A DNA stretch of 34,615 nucleotides. Origin: a virus. The stretch is from the IMG/VR virus record IMGVR_UViG_3300031418_000062, one strand, 5' to 3'. This document shows positions 9,224 through 17,113 of the stretch, one piece after another. Within the stretch, counting starts at the first letter, position 1; each line of letters starts with the position of its first letter. The notes under the pieces were generated by a model that was not told the DNA's origin, did no database searches, and was given only the letters and a program-made list of their open reading frames with translations. Position numbers and translations under genes: made by a program.

Positions 9224-9654
9224 AGGACATCGCCGGCAACCTGGTGGCCCTCGTCCTGGTGGTCCTGCTGGGCGTGGCCGGCTTCTTCTACGTCCACGCC
9301 CTGCACTCCGACCTGGACCAGGCCAAGACCGACCTGACGGCCGCCCAGGAAAAGACGGCCGAACGTGACACCACCATTCGCCAGCTGCTCGAGCGCGATC
9401 GCCTCAACACTCAGGCGCTGGCAAAGCTGGAGACCACGCGCGCCGGCATCCAGGCCGACCTGGACCTGCGCGCAACGATGATAAGGAAACTGGAAAGTGA
9501 AAACGCTGAACTGCGCTCTTGGGCTGCTGCCCCTCTGCCTGGCCCTGTTGTCCGGCTGCTCGAGCATGGCCAAATCACCGGCGCCGCTGCCTACCGTGAA
9601 CGAATGTCCGCGGGTGCAGCGCTGCAGCCTGCCGGCGGTGGCACCGGCCAATAA
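9220..9654 (+). CDS. i-spanin (Rz / LysB-like)
   Basis: The GTG start overlaps the endolysin stop (GTGA). It has an N-terminal TM helix (LVALVLVVLLGVAGFFYV) followed by a coiled-coil-like periplasmic domain. Confidence 0.75.
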   Translation: MKDIAGNLVALVLVVLLGVAGFFYVHALHSDLDQAKTDLTAAQEKTAERDTTIRQLLERDRLNTQALAKLETTRAGIQADLDLRATMIRKLESENAELRSWAAAPLPGPVVRLLEHGQITGAAAYRERMSAGAALQPAGGGTGQ

Positions 9655-9772
9655 TGGCGACCTGATCGGCGCCGTCGATCGGGCCGAGGCGGCGTGGGCC
9701 GCGTGCGCGGCCGTGGTCGACGTGATCGTTGATTGCCAGGCCGCGGCCGACCAGGTGAAAGCCAAGCCATGA
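9497..9772 (+). CDS. o-spanin lipoprotein (Rz1 / LysC-like), overlapping the Rz 3' end in another frame
   Basis: Signal peptide with the lipobox LLSGC (Cys21), followed by a Pro/Cys-containing mature region. It starts (GTG) inside Rz and extends past the Rz stop, the P2-type 'overlapped' architecture. Confidence 0.75.
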   Translation: MKTLNCALGLLPLCLALLSGCSSMAKSPAPLPTVNECPRVQRCSLPAVAPANNGDLIGAVDRAEAAWAACAAVVDVIVDCQAAADQVKAKP

Positions 9773-10197
9773 AAAAACCCGCCTCCCTGCGCGCCGCGAT
9801 CGTGGCGGCCGTCCCCGAGCTCGCCGCCAACCCTGACCGCTTCCTGGTGTTCGCGGACGCCGGCGCCGTCGCCGCCACCAATACAAAGACACTATCATTT
9901 GAATATCGATATACACTCAACTTGATATTACTCGACTACTCGGGGGACGCCGATCCGGTCATGCTGGCCCTGCTGCAGTGGGTCCGCCTGAACCAGCCCG
10001 AGCTGCTGGACAACGCGGACAAACGTCACGACGGCATCGGCTTCGAAGTTGACCACCTGAACAATCTGACCTGTGACCTGTCCATCAAGCTGCAGCTGTC
10101 CGAAGCCGTGGTGGTGGGCACCGACGACCTGGGCGCGGCCACTTTCACGCACCTGGACGAGCCGGTACCGGAATGGACCCAGAAAGGCCTGGCGTAA
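9769..10197 (+). CDS. R: Tail completion protein (P2 gpR family)
   Basis: 142 aa from the ATG at 9769 (ATGA overlap with Rz1). MKKPASLRAAI...P.L is a gpR-like N-terminus, and the gene precedes S. Confidence 0.8.
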   Translation: MKKPASLRAAIVAAVPELAANPDRFLVFADAGAVAATNTKTLSFEYRYTLNLILLDYSGDADPVMLALLQWVRLNQPELLDNADKRHDGIGFEVDHLNNLTCDLSIKLQLSEAVVVGTDDLGAATFTHLDEPVPEWTQKGLA

Positions 10198-10671
10198 ATG
10201 GACGACCTGACCGCGCTCGAGGAGTGGGCCGGCGCCCTGCTGGCGAAGATGGAGCCGGCGGCACGCCGCAAGGTCGCCGTCGACGTGGGCCGCGAGCTGC
10301 GCCGCAGCCAGCAGAAGCGCATCGCAGACCAGAAGAACCCGGACGGCAGCGCGTACGCGCCGCGCAAGCCGCGCCAGGTGATGCGCGATGCCAGGTTGAG
10401 GGAAAAGGAAGGCCGGATAAAACGGCGCGTGAAGATGTTCGCCAAGCTGCGGACGGCTCGCTTTTTCAAAGTCGAGGCGAATAGCGACGGCCTGGCGATC
10501 GGTTTCCTGGGCCGCGCTGCGCGCCTGGCGCGCGTACACCAGGACGGCGAGACCGCCGAGGTGGCCCGCGGCGGCAAGTCGTATCGATATCCGGTCCGCC
10601 AGCTGCTCGGCCTGACCCCGGCCGAGCGCGAAATGATCCGGGAAAAGCTGCTGGACAATCTCACCAGGTAG
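10198..10671 (+). CDS. S: Virion morphogenesis / tail completion protein (P2 gpS family)
   Basis: 157 aa. The block QQKRIADQKNPDGSAYAPRK is typical of gpS-type morphogenesis proteins. Confidence 0.82.
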   Translation: MDDLTALEEWAGALLAKMEPAARRKVAVDVGRELRRSQQKRIADQKNPDGSAYAPRKPRQVMRDARLREKEGRIKRRVKMFAKLRTARFFKVEANSDGLAIGFLGRAARLARVHQDGETAEVARGGKSYRYPVRQLLGLTPAEREMIREKLLDNLTR

Positions 10672-10716
10672 CGCACCTGGTCGACGGCCAGCTGCTCGAG
10701 CTGGCCGGATCCGCGC
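10669..10716 (+). repeat. Dispersed palindrome-rich element, copy A (starts at the S stop codon, fills the S/methylase convergent gap)
   Basis: ctcaccaggTAGCGCAcctggtcgacggccagctgctcgagctggccggatcc shares ctcaccaggt and cctggtcgacggccagctgctcgagct with copy C. Confidence 0.8.
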
Positions 10717-10717
10717 C

Positions 10718-11470
10718 TTACGCGGCCAGGCGGTCGGGCACCGCGGCCAGGCGCTCCGACGCATCGGCATGGATGCGCGGGTTCATCTCACACCCCATCC
10801 AATTCAAGCCGGCTTCTTTCGCAGCCACCAGGAAGGTGGCCGATCCGGCGAACAGGTCGAGCACGGTCCCGCCCTCGGGCACCAGGCGCACCACCTCGCG
10901 CGCCAGGTCGACCGGCTTTTCCGTCAAGTGCCGTTTTGGAAAGTCCAGCTTGCACTGGAAAACGCCAGGCAGGTACACCTCCCGGTCGGGCATCGCGCCC
11001 TTGCTGGCCCAGACGATGAATTCCGCCTGTTGCTTGAAGCCGCTGCGGCGCGGCCGTGCGCGCCCTGTCGTCTTGTCCCAGACCGCGATCCCGCGCAGCG
11101 TGAAGCCGGCGGCCTGGATCACGTCGGTGAGCGCCGGCAGCTGCCGCCAGTCGATGAAGCACACCACCATGCCGCTGCTTTTCAACGCCCGGTATGCACC
11201 CGCCAGCCAGGTCTGGCACCAGAACAGCCAGGAACGCTGGTCCATGTTGTCGAAGTCGAAGTCCTCGTAGAGGTCCTGGGATGCGGCATTGAGATACTTC
11301 TTGCTGGTGGTGGCAGCGCGCGCAGCGCGATGCAGGCCGCCGGAACAATAGGGCGGGTCGGTTAGTAGCATATCGATCGAGCTGGCCGGCAGCTGTCGCA
11401 CGAATTCCACCGCATCGACCTGATGCAGGCGGTTCAAAAGGGGGGTGGTTTGTTCGGTTTGTTCAATCAC
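10718..11470 (-). CDS. Orphan beta-class DNA methyltransferase (N6-adenine or N4-cytosine)
   Basis: Motif IV (LLTDPPYCSGG) precedes motif I (VLDLFAGSATFLVAAKEAG), the beta-class order. No adjacent endonuclease is present. The start is uncertain: GTG at 11470, or upstream GTG/ATG as far as 11620. Confidence 0.85.
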   Translation of the reverse strand: MIEQTEQTTPLLNRLHQVDAVEFVRQLPASSIDMLLTDPPYCSGGLHRAARAATTSKKYLNAASQDLYEDFDFDNMDQRSWLFWCQTWLAGAYRALKSSGMVVCFIDWRQLPALTDVIQAAGFTLRGIAVWDKTTGRARPRRSGFKQQAEFIVWASKGAMPDREVYLPGVFQCKLDFPKRHLTEKPVDLAREVVRLVPEGGTVLDLFAGSATFLVAAKEAGLNWMGCEMNPRIHADASERLAAVPDRLAA

Positions 11471-11574
11471 GATAAGGGTCCAGGTTGCGTAGGGATCGGC
11501 GCGGAAGCGTCCCCCCGGACTCGCGCTCTGTAGGTATTTTCGACGCCAGCCGGCGCCGGTAGAACCTCGAGCTG

Positions 11575-11595
11575 TTGTGGCCGCTGCGGGCACAA
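11575..11595 (+). promoter_or_regulatory. Late-promoter activator dyad TTGTG-N11-CACAA upstream of V
   Basis: ttgtggccgctgcgggcacaa followed by ccgc, the same spacing and flank as the FI copy. A perfect 9-bp-stem hairpin (gccccgtgc...gcacggggc, 11601-11625) lies between it and the V start. Confidence 0.55.
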
Positions 11596-11640
11596 CCGCC
11601 GCCCCGTGCATCGCGCGCACGGGGCCTGCACCATGGCGGC

Positions 11641-12243
11641 ATGAACCTCAACGATATCTACCGCCTGCTGCTGAACCTCCTGCGCAAGGGCACCGTCTTG
11701 GAAGTCGATCACGACGCCGAGCTGTGCCGCGTGGAATGCGGCGAGATCCAGACCAACTGGATCCGCTGGATGGCCTTCGCCGCCGGTGAGACGCGCGACT
11801 GGAACCCGCCCACGCCTGGCGAACAGGTACTCGTCCTGTCTCCGGGCGGCGACATGGCCGACGCCGTGGCCCTGCGCGGCATCACCACCGACGACATTCC
11901 GGCGCCGAGCCATAGCCCGACGACGCACACCCGCACCTATCCGGACGGCGCGCGCATCGAGTACGACCACGACGCCCACTCCCTGGTGGCCACGCTGCCG
12001 GCCGGCGCGACGGTCCTCCTGGAGGCCCCGGGTTCGGTGACGGTCAAGACAGCCAACGCCACCGTCGAAGCGGATACGGTCCTGGTCAAGGCCAGCCAGA
12101 TCACCCTGGACGCCGGCAAGACCAGCTGCACCGGCGCGCTCGACGTGAAGGGCGACGTCACCTCCGGCGGCGACGTGAAGGCGAGCGGTATCAGCCTGAC
12201 CAAGCACACACATGCCGACAGCGGCAAAGGAAAGCCTCAATGA
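11641..12243 (+). CDS. V: Baseplate assembly/spike protein (P2 gpV family)
   Basis: 200 aa from the internal ATG. MNLNDIYRLLLNLLRKGTVLEVD...TNWIRW parallels the P2 gpV N-terminus. Confidence 0.88.
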   Translation: MNLNDIYRLLLNLLRKGTVLEVDHDAELCRVECGEIQTNWIRWMAFAAGETRDWNPPTPGEQVLVLSPGGDMADAVALRGITTDDIPAPSHSPTTHTRTYPDGARIEYDHDAHSLVATLPAGATVLLEAPGSVTVKTANATVEADTVLVKASQITLDAGKTSCTGALDVKGDVTSGGDVKASGISLTKHTHADSGKGKPQ

Positions 12244-12593
12244 TTGGAATGAACGCAACCACCGGCCGCGCAATATCCGGCCGCGACCACCTCTCGCAAT
12301 CGATCGGGAAGGTGATCGGCACCCCGACCGGCTCGCGCGTGCAGCGCCGCCGCTTCGGGTCCGACCTTTTCAACCTGATCGACGCCCCGGCCAACATGGT
12401 GACCCGGGTTCGGGTCTACGCCGCGATCGCCTCGGCCCTGATGCGCCAGGAACCGCGCCTGCAGCTGCGCCGCGTGTCCCTGAGCGAGATCACCCAGGGC
12501 GGCGCCGCCGTGTTCGATATCGAAGGCATCGCCACCGAGGACGGCGCCGTGCTGTCCACCAGCGTGACCGTTCCCGCTCGAGGTGGCGTATGA
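12240..12593 (+). CDS. W: Baseplate protein (GPW/gp25 family)
   Basis: 117 aa, ATGA-coupled to V. SIGKVIGTPTGSRVQRRRFGSDL is a gp25/W lysozyme-like baseplate motif. Confidence 0.88.
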   Translation: MIGMNATTGRAISGRDHLSQSIGKVIGTPTGSRVQRRRFGSDLFNLIDAPANMVTRVRVYAAIASALMRQEPRLQLRRVSLSEITQGGAAVFDIEGIATEDGAVLSTSVTVPARGGV

Positions 12594-13501
12594 GCACGAT
12601 CGACCTGGCGACCCTCCCCGCGCCGGACGTGGTGGAAGTACTCGACTTCGAAACGATCTATGCCGAACGCAAGGCGCGCCTGGTATCGCTGTACCCGGCC
12701 GCCCAGCGGGCCGAGGTGGCCAAGACCCTGGCCCTCGACTCCGAGCCCATGGCCATCCTGCTGCAGGAGAACGCGTACCGGGAGATTGTCTGGCGTCAGC
12801 GTGTCAACGAAGCGGCGCGCGCCCTCATGCTGGCCTTCGCGCTGCGCGGCGACCTCGACCAGCTGGCCGCCAACTACAACCTGGTGCGCCTGACCATCAC
12901 GCCGGCGGACGACACGACCACCCCGCCGACGCCGGCGGTGATGGAAACGGATGCCGCGCTGCGCGAGCGCGTGCTGCTGGCCTTCGAAGGTATGTCGGTA
13001 GCTGGTCCCCGCAACGCCTACATCAAGCACGCCCGAGACGCGGACGGCCGCGTGGCCGATGCCAGCGCGATCTCGCCGGAACCGTGCGAGGCTGTCATTA
13101 CGGTCCTGTCGAACCAGGGCGACGGCACCGCGCCGGCGGATCTGCTGCAGGCGGTAGCCGCGGCCTTGAACGATGAGGACATTCGCCCGGTGGGCGACGT
13201 GGTGACTGTGCAAAGTGCCAAGATCGTGCCCTACGAGATCCGCGCCACGCTCTACCTAGACAACACCGGCCCGGAAGCCGAGCTGATCCTGCAGGCCGCC
13301 GCCGCGCGCGCCGACACCTACCGCAACACCCAGCGCCGGATCGGCCGCGACGTGAACAGGTCCGCGATCACCGCCGCCCTGCACGTCGAAGGCGTCACCA
13401 AGGTGGTGCTCACGCAGCCGGCCGTCGACCTGGCCCTGGACGACACCCAGGCGTCCTACTGCACCGGGATCACCCTGACCAATGGGGGCGTGAGTGTCTA
13501 G
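12590..13501 (+). CDS. J: Baseplate assembly protein J
   Basis: 303 aa from the ATG at 12590, coupled to W. The N-terminus LPAPDVVEVLDFETI is typical of gpJ. Confidence 0.88.
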   Translation: MSTIDLATLPAPDVVEVLDFETIYAERKARLVSLYPAAQRAEVAKTLALDSEPMAILLQENAYREIVWRQRVNEAARALMLAFALRGDLDQLAANYNLVRLTITPADDTTTPPTPAVMETDAALRERVLLAFEGMSVAGPRNAYIKHARDADGRVADASAISPEPCEAVITVLSNQGDGTAPADLLQAVAAALNDEDIRPVGDVVTVQSAKIVPYEIRATLYLDNTGPEAELILQAAAARADTYRNTQRRIGRDVNRSAITAALHVEGVTKVVLTQPAVDLALDDTQASYCTGITLTNGGVSV

Positions 13502-14195
13502 CCTGCTGCCGCCGAACGCCACCGTACTGGAGCGCAACCTGGCCGCGGCCGCGGCCGCGATCGAGGGCGTGCCGATCCCGCTGCGCGACCTGTGGAACCC
13601 GGACGCCTGCCCGGTGGCCTGGCTCCCCTTCCTGGCCTTCGCTTTTTCCGTCGATCGCTGGGATGCGAACTGGTCGGAAAAGACCAAGCGCAAGGTCATC
13701 AAGGCGGCCTACTTCGTCCACAAGAAAAAGGGCACGATCGGCGCGCTGCGCCGCGTGGTAGAGCCTCTGGGCTACCTGATCCGCGTCCTGGAGTGGTGGC
13801 AGATCGACCCGCCAGGCCCGCGCGGCACCTTTCACCTGGACATCGGCGTCCTGGATACCGGCATCACCGAAGAAATGTATCTCGAGCTCGAGCGCCTGAT
13901 TGACGACGCCAAGCCCCTGGCGCGCCACCTGCTCGGGATGGCTATCAGCGTCGAGGTGCGCGGCACCGAATACATCGGCGCGTCCGCCTACCTGGGCGAC
14001 GAGCTGACCGTGTACCCGTACACCCCGCGCGAGATCGTGTCGTCGCTGGCCTGGGGCACCAAAGGCAGCACACACACGATCGACACCATCACCGTCTATG
14101 CATTCACCAACAACCTGGTCGTGTCGTCCCTGACTTGGGGCACCTCTGGCAGCACGCACACGATCGACACCATCACCGTTCAACCGAAACACTGA
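13494..14195 (+). CDS. I: Tail/baseplate protein I (P2 gpI family) with a duplicated C-terminal extension
   Basis: GTG start overlapping the J 3' end. LLPPNATVLERNLA...P.LWNPDACP..WLPFLAFAFSVD is the gpI signature. The C-terminal ~55 aa contain a tandem duplication (SSLAWGTKGSTHTIDTITV / SSLTWGTSGSTHTIDTITV). Confidence 0.85.
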   Translation: MSSLLPPNATVLERNLAAAAAAIEGVPIPLRDLWNPDACPVAWLPFLAFAFSVDRWDANWSEKTKRKVIKAAYFVHKKKGTIGALRRVVEPLGYLIRVLEWWQIDPPGPRGTFHLDIGVLDTGITEEMYLELERLIDDAKPLARHLLGMAISVEVRGTEYIGASAYLGDELTVYPYTPREIVSSLAWGTKGSTHTIDTITVYAFTNNLVVSSLTWGTSGSTHTIDTITVQPKH

Positions 14196-14202
14196 GGAAA
14201 AC

Positions 14203-16575
14203 ATGGCAAACCAAACCTATTTTTGCACCCTGACCGCCATTGGCGAGGCGAAGGACGCCAACGCCAAGGCCCTGGGCACCGCGCTGAAACTCACGGAAAT
14301 GGCCGTGGGCGACGGCAACGGCGCGCTGCCCATTCCCGACCGGGCCCGGACCACCCTGGTGCGCCAGGTGCGCCGCGCACCGCTCAACACGTTGAAGGCC
14401 GACCCGCAGAACCCCGGCCAGCTGATTGCGGAACAGATCATCCCCGAGGACGTGGGCGGCTGGTGGATCCGCGAGCTGGGCATTTACGACGATGCCGGCG
14501 ACCTGATCGCGATCGGCAACTGCCCGGAGACCTACAAGCCACAGCTGGCCGAGGGATCGGGCCGCGTCCAGGTGGTCCGCATGGTGCTCATCATGAGCAG
14601 CGCGGCAACCGTGCAGCTCAAGATCGACCCTTCCGTGGTCCTGGCAACGCGCAAGTATGTGGATGACCAGGACGCGGCCGTCGAGGCGAGGATGAATACC
14701 GCGGTGGCCGCCCTGGGCGCAAGTACCCAGACGGCCCTGGGCGGCAAGGCCGACCTGGCCGGCGCCACGTTCACCGGCCCTGTATATGCCAGCAAGGGGT
14801 TCAGGATCGGGGGGGCATGGACCCTGACCCCTAGTGCTTCGCCTGGATCGTTCAGCCTGGAAAACATCACGATGCGCAACTACATTGGCGATGGGACTGG
14901 CTGGGCCTGGGCGTTTAGTAAGCGGGCAAACGGTGTAACGACTGACCTGTTCACCGTCAATGACGCCGGCAATGTCGGCATCGGTGTTGATGCGCCGGCG
15001 GCGCGGCTGGACGTTGGCGGCTCTGCCTCTGCAGCACTGCAGGCCATCCTTGCGCGCGGGGCAAGCGACGGCGGCTTCCAGCTTCGAGCGCGAAATGGTT
15101 GGGGAAATGCCGTAGATACCGAGCAGGTCCGGTTCGGCATGGAATACGCCTCGCAAGGTATGGCGGCCGGCTTTAGCTTCATTCGCGGTGCGTCCGCTAC
15201 CAACTCCTCCCTGGCAATCTTCACCGACAACCTTGAGCGTGTACGCGTCGATGCAACTGGCAATCTCGGAATCGGTACGCAATCTCCGAAAGGCACCCTG
15301 CATGTGTCGAAGCCGGGCGAGGCATCGGTTGTCGTGTCGAATTATCAAAACTCCGGGGCCGACAACGTGAAGGCTGGTTCGGTCGTATTCCAAACCGCCT
15401 ATACGAGCACCGGGACGGTTTATGAGAATGCCCGTATCGACGCGATTACGAAGGCCGGGAACATCGACATATCGCAGCTGGTGTTCAGCGTTGGCCGCTT
15501 CGGCGCCGGTGGCTTGGCCCAGGAAGCCATGCGCATCGACAGCAACGGCAATTTGCTGGTGGGCGTAACGAGTAGCACATGCCACGTAGTGTCTAAGGGC
15601 AATGCCGTGGTTGACACACGAATTTTCGACGTTGCCTATTCCACCGGTTTTTTTGTGGGTGATGGGTATGGCTTCAGTGCCACGGCTGCATGTCAGAAGG
15701 TGATGAGGAACGCCACTAGCGGACGTTCGATCAACGCATCCGGCACGATCAACGCCGGCGGCGCCGACTACGCCGAGTACATGACCAAGGCCAGCACCTG
15801 CGGCGAGATCGACAAGGGCCAGATCGTTGGCGTGGATCGCGCCGGCCTGCTGACCGACAAGTGGGCCGATGCGGTTTCTTTCCTGATTAAATCCACCGAT
15901 CCGTCCTATGTCGGGGGCGACACCTGGGGCCACCCGGACGCCATAGGCATGGCACGCCCGGAGGAGCCGGTGCTGGGCCTGGCCGACTACACCGGCACGG
16001 CGCACCCTGGAGAAGCCCCGGTCGCGCCTTCGGCGCCGGATCTGACGCAGCCAGTCCTGCCATCCATGCCGGCTGACGATGCAAGCGAGGAGGAAAAGGA
16101 GGCCTACCTGGTCGCGCAAACGGCCTACTCCGAGCAGCTGGATGCGTTCAATGAAGCCCAGGCCGCGTACCTGATCCAGCTGGCCGACCACAAGGAAGCG
16201 ATGCAGGTGTACACCAAGCAGCTGGCCGAGTTCGAACGCGACCTCGCAAACCACCTGGTGGTCGTTGAAGCTGCCCGAGCCGAGTTCGACACCGTGACCA
16301 TGCCGGCGTACCTGGAGGAGCTGGCCGCCTTCGAAGCTGCGCTCGAGCAGGCACGCCAGCGCGTGGACCGCATCGCCTATTGTGGCCAGGTCCCGGTCAA
16401 CGTCAAAGGCGCCAAGCCGGGCCAGTACGTGGTCCCGGTGCAGGATGGCGACGGCATCGGCGGCCAGCTGGTGGACGACGACGCGATCGACTTCAAGCAG
16501 TACCGCCGCGCTGTCGGCATCGTCCAGAACGTCCTCGAGGACGGCCGCGCGAACGTGCGCGTCAAAATCGTGTAA
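14203..16575 (+). CDS. H: Tail fibre protein (P2 gpH-like N-terminus, divergent distal part, coiled-coil C-terminus)
   Basis: The N-terminal 150 aa parallel P2 gpH (LTEMAVGDGNG...GGWWIRELGIYDDAGDLIAIGN...YKPQLAEGSG). The distal part carries a GADYAEYM motif followed by an Ala/Glu/Gln-rich coiled coil. Confidence 0.85.
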   Translation: MANQTYFCTLTAIGEAKDANAKALGTALKLTEMAVGDGNGALPIPDRARTTLVRQVRRAPLNTLKADPQNPGQLIAEQIIPEDVGGWWIRELGIYDDAGDLIAIGNCPETYKPQLAEGSGRVQVVRMVLIMSSAATVQLKIDPSVVLATRKYVDDQDAAVEARMNTAVAALGASTQTALGGKADLAGATFTGPVYASKGFRIGGAWTLTPSASPGSFSLENITMRNYIGDGTGWAWAFSKRANGVTTDLFTVNDAGNVGIGVDAPAARLDVGGSASAALQAILARGASDGGFQLRARNGWGNAVDTEQVRFGMEYASQGMAAGFSFIRGASATNSSLAIFTDNLERVRVDATGNLGIGTQSPKGTLHVSKPGEASVVVSNYQNSGADNVKAGSVVFQTAYTSTGTVYENARIDAITKAGNIDISQLVFSVGRFGAGGLAQEAMRIDSNGNLLVGVTSSTCHVVSKGNAVVDTRIFDVAYSTGFFVGDGYGFSATAACQKVMRNATSGRSINASGTINAGGADYAEYMTKASTCGEIDKGQIVGVDRAGLLTDKWADAVSFLIKSTDPSYVGGDTWGHPDAIGMARPEEPVLGLADYTGTAHPGEAPVAPSAPDLTQPVLPSMPADDASEEEKEAYLVAQTAYSEQLDAFNEAQAAYLIQLADHKEAMQVYTKQLAEFERDLANHLVVVEAARAEFDTVTMPAYLEELAAFEAALEQARQRVDRIAYCGQVPVNVKGAKPGQYVVPVQDGDGIGGQLVDDDAIDFKQYRRAVGIVQNVLEDGRANVRVKIV

Positions 16576-16592
16576 GCAAAGGAGCCATACGC

Positions 16593-16898
16593 ATGCATTT
16601 TCTCTCTGTCGTCCTGTTCGTCCTGGTGGTGGCCCTGCAGGCCGCCGATGGCTTCCTGACCTGGCGCGTGCTGCGCGCCGGCGGCCGCGAGCTCAATCCG
16701 GCCGTGCGCTTCCTGATCGGCCACCTCGGCGCCGTCCCCGGCCTGGCCCTGGCCAAGCTGTTCCTGGTGGTGATGGTCTGGCTGTACCTGCGCGAGCAGC
16801 TGCTGATCCTGCTGGCGATCGCCGCTCTGTATGCGTGGGTGGTCCGCCACAACTGGCAGCAGCTGCAGCGGGCAACCGGCAAGCTGTCGAGCGCCTGA
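16593..16898 (+). CDS. Small 3-4-TM membrane protein (DUF5658-like) in the P2 Z/fun cargo position
   Basis: 101 aa from the internal ATG at 16593. ADGFLTWRVLRAGGRELNP resembles the D..T....G..E.NP pattern of DUF5658. It lies between the tail fibre and sheath genes. Confidence 0.55.
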   Translation: MHFLSVVLFVLVVALQAADGFLTWRVLRAGGRELNPAVRFLIGHLGAVPGLALAKLFLVVMVWLYLREQLLILLAIAALYAWVVRHNWQQLQRATGKLSSA

Positions 16899-16899
16899 C

Positions 16900-17037
16900 A
16901 TGGAATTCCACGTCATCACCGCCGCCGGCGCCGACCTGATCGCGCGCAAGATCGACGGGCAACCGCTCATCATCATCCCGCCGGCGATGGCGCCAACGCC
17001 GGCCGCCGCGCCGGCGGCGCAAGTCCCCGGCAAATAA
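16900..17037 (+). pseudogene. 45-codon ORF resembling the first ~30 aa of a P2-type tail fibre (possible relic of a second fibre gene)
   Basis: MEFHVITAAGADLIARKIDGQPLIIIPPAMA aligns by eye with the fibre N-termini F.T(V/L)(I/T)TAG...A....G.....(T)MAV of P2 gpH and of the H gene at 14203. After that it degenerates into a Pro/Ala tail and stops. Confidence 0.35.
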
Positions 17038-17057
17038 TCGACAATCCGACGCCCAGC

Positions 17058-17092
17058 GCGGCCGGTCCTCACAAGGGGCCGGCCGCTTTTTA
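17058..17092 (+). terminator. Rho-independent terminator after the tail-fibre operon
   Basis: The stem gcggccgg...ccggccgc (17058-17065 / 17079-17086) is followed by ttttta. Confidence 0.7.
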
Positions 17093-17113
17093 TTGTGCCC
17101 AGCGTGGGCACAA
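17093..17113 (+). promoter_or_regulatory. Late-promoter activator dyad TTGTG-N11-CACAA upstream of FI
   Basis: ttgtgcccagcgtgggcacaa followed by ccgc, centred about 117 nt upstream of the FI ATG and directly after the terminator. Confidence 0.6.

Noticed and set aside
14203-17037. An invertible tail-fibre segment controlled by the Hin/Gin-like recombinase (Mu/P1 style).
   Set aside because: I found no inverted crossover sites flanking the fibre 3' region and no oppositely oriented alternative fibre C-termini. The recombinase lies 8.5 kb away behind its own res-like site.
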